Shown here piece after piece: positions 51,438 to 64,000 of a DNA stretch of 64,000 bases. The notes under the pieces are model-generated. The model ran no database searches. It had not been told where the DNA came from and was given only the letters and a program-made list of their open reading frames with translations. The first letter of the stretch is position 1, and every line of letters starts with the position of its first letter. Made by a program: the position numbers and the translations under genes. This stretch comes from the human T2T-CHM13v2.0 reference genome, Homo sapiens: NCBI RefSeq assembly GCF_009914755.1, contig NC_060926.1; one strand, 5' to 3'.

Positions 51438-52458
51438 ATGGGGAGAAACCAGAGCAGAAAAGCTGAAAATTCTAAAAATCAGAGTGCCTCTTCTCCAAAG
51501 GATTGCAGCTCCTCTCCAGCAATGGAACAAAGCTGGATGGAGAATGACTTTGACAAGTTGACAGAAGTAGGCTTCAGAAGGTTGGTAATAACAAACTTCT
51601 CTAAGCTAAAGGAGGATGTTCGAACCCGTTGCAAGGAAGCTAAAAACCTTGAAAAAAGATTAGACGAATGGCTAACTAGAATAAACAGTGTAGAGAAGAC
51701 CTTGAGTGACCTGATGGAGCTGAAAATCATGGCATGAGAACTTCGTGACACATACACAAGCTTCAATAGCTGATTCAATCAAGTGGAAGAAAGGGTAACA
51801 GTGACTGAAGATCAAATTAATGAAATAAAGTGAGAAGACAAGGTTAGACAAAAAAGAGTAAAAATAAATGAACAAAGCCTCCAAGAAATGTGGGACTATG
51901 TGAAAAGACCAAATCTACGTTTGATTGGTTTACCTGAAAGTGATGGGGAGAATCGAACCAAGTTGGAAAACACTCTGCAGGATATTATCCAGGAGAACTT
52001 CCCCAACCTAGCAAGGCAGGCCGACATTCAAATTCAGGAAATACAGAGAACACCACAAAGATACTCCTTGAGAAAAGCAATCCCAAGACACATAATTGTC
52101 AGATTCACCAAGGTTGAAATCAAGGAAATAGTGTTAAGGGCAGCCAGAGAGAAAGGTCGAGTTACCCACAATGGGAAGCCCATCAGACTAACAGCAGATC
52201 TCTAGGCAGAAACCCTACAAGCCAGAAGACAGTGGGGGCCAATATTCAACATCTTAAGAAAAGAATTTTCAACCCAGAATTTCATATCCAGGCAAACTAA
52301 ACTTCATAAGTGGAGGAGAAATAAAATCCTTTATAGACAAGCAAATGCTGAGAGATTTTGTCACTACCAGGCCTGCCTTACCTAAGCTCCTGAAAGAAGC
52401 ACTAAACATGGAAAGAAACAATCGGTACCAGCCACTGCAAAAACATGCCAAATTGTAA
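51438..52458 (+). pseudogene. L1 ORF1p, disrupted
   Basis: MGRNQSRKAENSKNQSAS start, premature TGA at 51735, further stops, continuation MWDYVKRPNLRLIG...PRHIIVRF, terminal gccaaattgtaa. Confidence 0.92.
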
Positions 52459-52520
52459 AGACCATTGATGCTACGAAGAAACTGCATCAATTAACGGGCA
52501 AAAAACCAGCGAACATCATA

Positions 52521-56322
<3,802 letters not shown>

Positions 56323-56759
56323 ACAATGAGAACACTTGGACACAGGGCAGGGAACATCACACTCTGGGGCCTGTTGTGCTATAGGGGGCTGGGGAAGGGA
56401 TAGCATTAGGAGAAATACCTAACGTAAATGATGAATTGACGGGTGCAGCAAACCAACATGGCACATGTACACCTATGTATCAAACCTGCACGTTGTGCAT
56501 ATGTACCCTAGAATTTAAAGTATAATAATAATAATAATAATAAAAGAAATATGGCTCAGAAATTTGTCAGGTAGAGAGAAGAAAATTACCTAGGATTAAA
56601 CCACTAAATGCCCTTTTGTAATCTACTGCAGTGATAAGTTCTTGGCCTATCTGTGATTACCCTGAAGTTTCAGGGCTAGTCACATAGTCTCTTTTGCTTT
56701 TGGGTTCCAAGGCTTACAAGAACTGTGCAATCAGTTGCATGTTAGGTTTTACAGTAATT

Positions 56760-56940
56760 AGGAAGATCATTGGTTAAAATCTCGAATCTACAATTCCTAG
56801 CTATGTGGCCTTGAGCAAGTGACAATCTCTGACCCTGTTTCCTCACTGGTAAAGTGAATATGATATTGTATCTTAGGCCTGTCATAAGGGCTTAATGAAT
56901 TAAAAGATAAAGCACATAGTGTAAGACAGTCACTTATGAA
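56760..56940 (+). mobile_element. MIR
   Basis: cctagctatgtggccttgagcaagtgac...ctgtttcctcactggtaaagtg. Confidence 0.72.
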
Positions 56941-58859
56941 AGGTCATTTTCCCATTTCTCTGTCCTCTTTTCACTCACCTAAATACTTAGGCATGAGTTT
57001 TCCTTGAAGTCTATGAATAAGAACACTTTGCTGGACCAAGGAAAGCCACATTTGGGGTAGGTGGGATTTGGAGGAAGACGGGAGGTGAAGGGAATTTTAG
57101 GGTTTGTGCTGGTCACATTTGCCTTCTCTGTACTCCCACCTTCTCTTGTTAGGTTCTGATAGGGCCAGATTACCCTATTTGTCACAAGAGGAATGGGTGC
57201 CTAGGCTGCGCCTGTGGACAACCCTATTGGTCTGCAGGGTTGTGTGTGCCTCTATTACAGAATTCTAGGAACAACCCTTCAGAAAGAGCCTCAAAGCCTA
57301 TTCTCACTTGCCACACTTTGTGGGTAGGGGAGGGAAGCTTCCCCTTTATAACACTTTTGTTCTCTGAATTTCATTTTGACTGATTTAGGCAATCCCTGCC
57401 TCATAGGGAAGTCTAGAGCACAGGTTTTATTTGTTTTTTGGGTTTTCCTGACCTCTGTTCCTTTCGAACAAGGCATCAAAGTATCCCTCCCCTTTTCTCC
57501 CTCTCCATCTGGGTTGTCTTGGTATGAGACAAAAAGGGGTGGCAAAATTCATTGTTGACTCCTTCTCCTTTCTGAGCAGCTTTGGCTTAGTTAATTTCTC
57601 ATTAAACTATGGGGAGGAGCCTCTCGCCTGGTCCACAGCATCACCCGGCCTCACACTCAGGATTATACAAGTTCCCTGCTACTGTGGAACATGTTCAGGG
57701 TTTATCACCCTCCAAGCTCCTGTCTAAGCATTACCCCTCCCCTCTTGGTTTCTCCTGTCCTCTCATCAGCTATTCTGCATCCTTCCAGGCTTGCTAATTT
57801 CTGTCTCCTCTCTCCAGCTCCTGCGTGACCTAGATAAAAAAATAGACATATTTTTAAGCCACTCTCCTATCTGCAATTTGCATGTCCTATGTCAAATGCT
57901 TCAAGTTGCTCTGAGTTAATTTGCTTAGAGCATTGGAAAAGGTGCAGAGCCTGGATTCAAGTCCTGGCTCATCCCATAGCAGCAGGGAAGCATTTGTGAG
58001 ATGCCATTTACTAAACCTGTCTTTGCAAGAAGTTGCATTACAACCATGCCTCAATGCTGGATCTGTAAATTGCAAAATCCCACATGACTTGAGCTAAATA
58101 TACAACAGATAAAGTCACTTTTGCAGGAAGAACCCACTTTTAAGAAAAGAAGGGTAGAAGGTATAGCCAGTCATGTTAGCAACTACTGTAAAGTCCCTGG
58201 AATGGATGTCAGCAGAAACATCCTCACAAACCAAGGCTCCTCACCCCTCATGCCTGGCCCTGGCAAGCTCCCTCCCACCCCTTGTCCCACAGTGGGAATA
58301 TCTGGGAAGGCTCTTTTCCTCTTGGACTCATTTTAAATTACATTCTGGCAGCAGTTAGATAAATTCTATCTGTCTTCTGAGCCCCAGGCCCTCCTGAGAT
58401 CACTACTTATAATTGAAGAACGAACAGAAACCAAAACTTGATTCAGGCAGTTTGGGTTTATGTGCTTTGTCAATTTACCTATGTGAATCCCCAGAGGACA
58501 GAGGATAAAGTTACCTAGGAGTGAAAAATCAGACGGAGAGGTCCTTACAGTGAGTGTTGTGCCTTACGCTAAATAAAAATAACAGTTCACCTTTGACACA
58601 AGTGCTTTTTGTACACAAGGGGTCAAGTTAAATAACTTTGAATCCATGTCTAGCCATCACATAAGCATCCAGCTGAGTCACTGGTGCAGTAATGCTTTGT
58701 GCAGTGCTTCTTCATACTCAGCCAGAGAACAGTTAGTAAGACTGGTGTTAATGACTTCAGGGCTCTGAATGTGATTTCCACATGGGTCAGGCTCTGCCCT
58801 GGCTACAAATTTTATGCAAGAATTAGTATTTCCCAAAGCTCCAGGGTTGGCTCTTGGTT

Positions 58860-59435
58860 TTCTTACTTTATACTGTCTCCTTCTGAGAGTTTGTCTGCCT
58901 CATGACTTTAATTATTACTCCAGTTTGGAGAGCCTTCCATCGTTAGTCTGTCTCTGGAGCATGAGTTCTGAGGCCCAGGTCAAGTATCCAGCCTACACTT
59001 CCACTGTCTCCACTACCCAAGTACATAAGTGCCATTGCCATCAAAAGCTATGTTTCCCTCTGAACTTTCATAAGTGGCACCTTTAAAGAAAGAGGCCACT
59101 CTGACATTAAGAAGATCCATGAAATAAGTAGTCCTAGATATTCCAATGTTATTTACAGAAAAACAAAATTAACCCTTTTTACTTCAGTAAGTGACCCAGA
59201 AGTTAAGTACTTTTCATTCCTATAGCCTTTTGCAGCTTGGAAGTGAGTGGCTCCTACGTTAGATCTGTAATCATTTTTGCCTGTTTCATCTCCTATTTTA
59301 GACTGTATGAGCTTTTTCAGTGCATGGACTGTGTTGTGTATTTTTTATATGCTCTACAGAACATTAAAGAATGATTGCAATAGATGCTCAAAAACACTTG
59401 CTGAAAGAACAAATAAGAGAGTGAACAAGTGGACA
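58860..59435 (+). mobile_element. L2 fragments
   Basis: catgactttaattatt...ttctgaggcccagg...tatccagcct; tagactgtatgagcttttt...gctcaaaaacacttgctgaa. Confidence 0.5.
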
Positions 59436-60259
59436 AATGAGATATTCCCTAAAGGGAACCTCAGTTTTCCGTTCTCTGACCTTTAATGACTATAGTGAGT
59501 CTTGTTGTGTTTCAAAAGCATGCTTTCTCTGAAAATCTGTTTCTCATATTTTCTAAGAAGTCTATGTGTAGCTAGTAAGTGTCTCCTAATTCTGGTAGCT
59601 GCATTTAAAAGATGAGATGGTTTTGGCATTTGAATCTTGAAGGTTTGGAAAATCAAATCTATAAATACTAATGCCTTTTTTTCCTCATTCAAAGGATAGA
59701 AAAGTGGGAAAGTCCCCTGGAAAATCCACATTCCAGTAGAAGTCTTCAAGTTGGGGTAGGGTAAAAGTGCCTTACCATTATAAAGTTTGATACATATCAT
59801 TGAACTTTGAGCTCCAACCTTGTGGGAACCATATTATGAAGTTAATCAGGAAATGTTGCAATTCTGCAAGGGAATCTTCTTGAGATCTGAAATTCATCTA
59901 GATCTCTAAGAATTCTGAATTCAAGGTTACAAGGTAAATTTTATTATTTTTTGCCCTTCAAAAGAAACGCAGACACTTCATGTGTGAAATAAAGAAACCA
60001 GAATTTTTAACAGAAAAAGAAATGATAAGATGCCCTAGTGCTGAGGTGAGACTTGGTGACTCCAACATCCTTCATCCTTTTCACCTCACAAATTCTGCAT
60101 AGTGCGTGAGTTCATTGCCAAGATCCACTAGAGATTCCAGTCATAGAAAGAAACCAACTTTCTTTAGTCCCCAGTGATTAGAAGTACTATATCTATTCAA
60201 GTGATTGTATGTCATATCGTTTACATGCTATAACCACTCTAGTCAATCCCAGCACAGTT

Positions 60260-60745
60260 AAAATAAAATTCATACTCCTTGATGTGCGTTTTAAAGTCAT
60301 ACATCATGTCCCTCACTGGCTTTTCCTAACTCATCTCTTGCCACTGTCTCCATCACTCTTCATGTTCCATCCAGAGTAGTTCTCTGTTGATTCTTGGCAA
60401 ATACAAAGATCACACCTCACCTCACTCATGTACTTTTCACTTTCCGTTTACTGTGTTCCATATTCTCCCACATCATTGCAAAGCTGGTTAATTCTTATGT
60501 CTTATCTTAATACTTACTGGAAAGTGGCATCTCATAGTCACTGTCTGTCATTGCACTGTGCTTAATTTTTTCTTAAAGCTTTTTTCACTGATTAGAATTT
60601 ATATATCATCATATGCCTTCTACTTGTTTATTTACTTTTCTATATGCTTATTGTCTGTCTTGCTCTACCAGAATATAAGTTCTTTAGTTCTTCAAAAGGA
60701 TGGGCTTTGCCAGTCTTTTCTAGAAGAGAACTTGGCCCAGTGTAT
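60260..60745 (+). mobile_element. L2 3' region
   Basis: aaataaaattcatactcctt...ctcatctcttgccact...ttattgtctgtcttgctctaccagaatataagttc. Confidence 0.6.
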
Positions 60746-60779
60746 GTGTGTACTCTTAGAATGTAAGAATCCAGAAGAA

Positions 60780-63005
60780 AAAGTAGCTTCCAACCTGGCA
60801 ATAAGAAAAAAACTGGATAATTTACAAAATCAAACTTTCCATGAACCCATTATAGATCTTCTGTCAACCAAATGAACTAAATTACAAAAACCCAAAAATT
60901 TCTTCAAGAGGAGTTGAGGCACACAAATATTTCTACCTTCATCAGAGAATGAGAGAGAGAGAAATGACCTCCATTAAAGCAGATGGAAATCAAACAGCTA
61001 AAAAATGTAATAAATTCTTCAAGGACAATGTGGGCTAGAGTGACAATTTAGAATAACTGAAAACCCTCAGACACGAGAGGCAATATTCACTCACAAGCAA
61101 TATTTTTATGAGCCTTCACTGGGCGCTCCCAACAAAGATTGACCAGAGGACCTCCTTGCATGGTGCAGGAGTACAGGAAGTACTGTGAGGTGGGGAGACA
61201 GGTATGAAACACCATGCACTTCCCTGAACACTTTTCTCACTTGAAGCAAAGACTTAAGCCAATGGAGGAGGGGTAGAAATGTTCTCTTGCAGGGTTCAAG
61301 CAAAATCTGAAAAAAGAGTGGAAGAAAAGCTGTCTTCCACTGGTGGAGATGTAGAAAATGTTCTTTGTTCCAGGATCCTGTATGCATACAGAGCAGAGTA
61401 AGCTTTCACTTGGAAAGGGGCAGAAAATCATCTCTTGTCCAAAGCCCCCACAGATGCAATAAATAGTTTAACTGTCCTGGATGGCTACCCCTGAAGCCCA
61501 GATGTGCACAGCCTATATGAAACTAAGACTGGACCAGAAGAACGAAGAATCTTTCTGTGCCCACAATTAGCTTAGCACTGAGAAACAAACAACAGCAGTC
61601 TATTCCTGTGGAAGAGGGAAGAGCATGGTGCATATGTGCAGAGACTGCTAAAAGCTGAGGGTAATACAAGAACATTGAGAAAAATCTTTCCATACCCCAG
61701 ATCCCATTGCAAGCGCATGTTAAAGGTAGCCCACTAAGGGAGAGACTTCAACTTTGTGGTCAGTTTGCAACAATGAAACACAAATTCAAATCAATTTCTA
61801 TCTAGATTGACTCAACTTCCCTACTCAACCCCATTTCCCAACACCAATGGCCTGATACTAAAAGAATCATTATTATTTCCAGGCAAAAATATTTTTTGCT
61901 TCTGCATCTGCTGTCTTCTTACATGTAATGTCTGGAATGTAATAAAAATCAGGAGATTTACATACAAGCAAGGAAAAAAACAGAAAAAGCCAACACCATC
62001 CCATTGTCAAGAGACATGGATACACTTTGAAATAAAGCAAATGTTGGAACTATCAGACAGAGACTTTGAAATAACTATTATAATGTATGTCAAAGGATCT
62101 GGTGAAAAATATGAATGACATACGTGAACAAATGGGGATTACAGCAGAGAAGTGAAGAACTAAAGAAGGCATCAAATACAAAATATCAGAAATGAAGAAT
62201 TTCTGTGATGGGCTTGGGAGAAGACAGAACACACATGAGGAAAGATATCTTGAAGATAAGCCAATATAAATTATTCAAATGGTAACAAAGAGGGAAAAGA
62301 AGAGGCAGACAAAAAACAAACAGAGCTTCCAAGAACTGTGGTCCAACATATGGGTCACTGGAGGCCCAGAAGGAAAAGATGGAGAAAACAAATGAAATAG
62401 GTATACATATATATACATATTTGAAGAGATATGTGCTGAGAGTTTCCTCCTAATGAAAGAAAACAAACCACAAATTTAAGCGGCTCAGAGAATCCCAAGC
62501 CTGTATGTGCACACAGACACACATTCACACACACACACACAGAATTCACACACTGATTATAATAAAACTGCTCAATATCAAAATCAAAATGAAAAATCTT
62601 CAAGGTATACAAAGATAACGACAACATTACAAATAGGGCAACAAATAATGACAGCAGACATGTAGTCGAAACTATACAAACCAGAAGACAATGGTGTGAC
62701 ATCTTTAAAGCCACACTGTCAACTCAGAATTTTATACTCAGTGAAAATATTTTTACAGAAAGAAAGAGAAATAAAGATTTTTGTTCAGACAAACAAAAGC
62801 TGAAAGAATTTACTGCCAACTAACCTTCACTACAAGAAATACTAAATGAGAGAAAATATGATACTAAAAAGAAATTTGGTTCTAGATAAAGAAATGAAAT
62901 ACAATGGAAATCATAAAAAATGAGGGAAAATACAAAAAGACATTTTTCTCTTATTTTTAATTGCTTTAAAAGATAATTGCAGATATATAAAATGATGTTT
63001 GTCAT
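60780..63005 (+). mobile_element. Old L1M (MC/MD-like) 5'UTR and ORF1 relic, with (CA)n at ~62508-62540
   Basis: atgttggaactatcagacagagactttgaaataactat, gagcttccaagaactgtgg, ccagaagacaatggtgtgacatctttaaag, acaaacaaaagctgaaagaattt. Confidence 0.8.
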
Positions 63006-63009
63006 CATT

Positions 63010-63450
63010 ACTTAATCAAATTACAATGAGACACCATTTCACAGCTACCAGGATGGCTAGAATCAAAAGGTTAGATAATAACATGTGTTGGACAGGATGC
63101 AGAAAAATCACAATATTTGTACACTGCTGGTGGGAATGTAAAATGGTACAGCTGCTCTGGCATACTGTCTAGCAGTTATTTACAAAATTAAGTATAGAAT
63201 TACCATAAGACACAGCAATTTCATTTCTAGGTACATACTCAAGAGAAATAAACAAATTTGCCCACATAAAAACTTACACACAAACATTCATAATAGCATT
63301 ATTCATAAAAGCCAAATGTTGGAAGCCAGTTCAAATGTCCAAAGACTAACAAATGAGTAAACAAATGTGGTATATCCACACAACAAAATATTATTCAGCA
63401 ACAAAAGAAATAAAATACTGATACATACTATAACATGAATGAACTAGCAT
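63010..63450 (+). mobile_element. L1MB-like 3' ORF2/UTR fragment
   Basis: acaatgagacaccatttcac...gctggtgggaatgtaaaatggtacagctgct...aaatgtggtatatccacacaac. Confidence 0.75.
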
Positions 63451-63479
63451 TATGAAGCCAGCATAAACTTACCAAGAAT

Positions 63480-64000
63480 ATTATAAGAAAGGAAAATCAC
63501 TGTCCAATCAATCTCTTTCATAAACATACCCACAAAAATCCTCAACAAAATATTAACAAATCAAATCCAGAAAAACATAGAAAGATAATACAACATGAAC
63601 AAATTGGGTTTATTCCAGAAATGCAATGTTTATTTAACATTAAAAAATTAATCTGTATAATTATCACATAAATGGAATAATGGAAAAAAATGTCATCTCA
63701 ATAATTACAGGGAAATCTTTTGATCAAATTTAACATCGGTTCCCCTCAAAATTCTTCACAAACCAAAAGTAGGCAATAATTTCCCTAATTTAATTAACAG
63801 GTTTCTTACAAAAATCTTTCAGCTAACATCATAATTAATGCTAAAGTATTTAAAATTTTATAATTGAGAGACAAGACAAAGATACCTGCTATTACACTAA
63901 CATCATAATTAATGCTACAATATTTAAAGTTTTATCATTGAGAGACAAAACAAAGATACCTGCTGTTATACTACTGTTAACATTGTCTTGGAAGTCTTAC
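63480..64000 (+). mobile_element. L1M ORF2 RT-region fragment with an internal 2 x 74 bp tandem duplication
   Basis: aaaaatcctcaacaaaatattaacaaatcaaatccag, gggtttattccagaaatgcaa; units 63823-63896 and 63897-63970. Confidence 0.8.

Noticed and set aside
58620-58690. Nuclear-receptor half-site plus AP-1 (TGAGTCA) as an enhancer
   Set aside because: Two short motifs only; AP-1 heptamers recur throughout the window.

Overview
Primate (human-like) genomic DNA, non-coding and repeat-dense. I see no credible cellular protein-coding exon; the ORF-track entries are chance ORFs or translations of Alu/L1/LTR/L2 repeats. Main elements: a full-length, disabled L1PA6-like LINE-1 (50099-56543) with an AluY in its 5'UTR; a 5'-truncated L1MA interrupted by a complete THE1 (MaLR) provirus; old L1M relics at both ends; seven Alus and a FRAM; solo LTRs (LTR7/HERV-H, THE1, MST, MLT1); DNA transposons (Tigger2a with a nested piggyBac MER85, MER45A, MER5A, MER46C, MER53); many MIR/L2 relics. 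Most interesting: (i) a ~570-bp 3'UTR-only retrocopy resembling SKP1, with an intact solo LTR7 pointing into it in antisense; (ii) a MER85 that keeps the CSB-PGBD3 binding palindrome but lost its terminal repeat; (iii) a THE1 provirus whose two LTRs disagree in U3; (iv) two motif-dense candidate enhancers (~14 kb, ~17 kb). Family names come from recalled consensus sequences, not database searches, so subfamily calls are approximate. I cannot demonstrate a new biological system; the findings are testable hypotheses.
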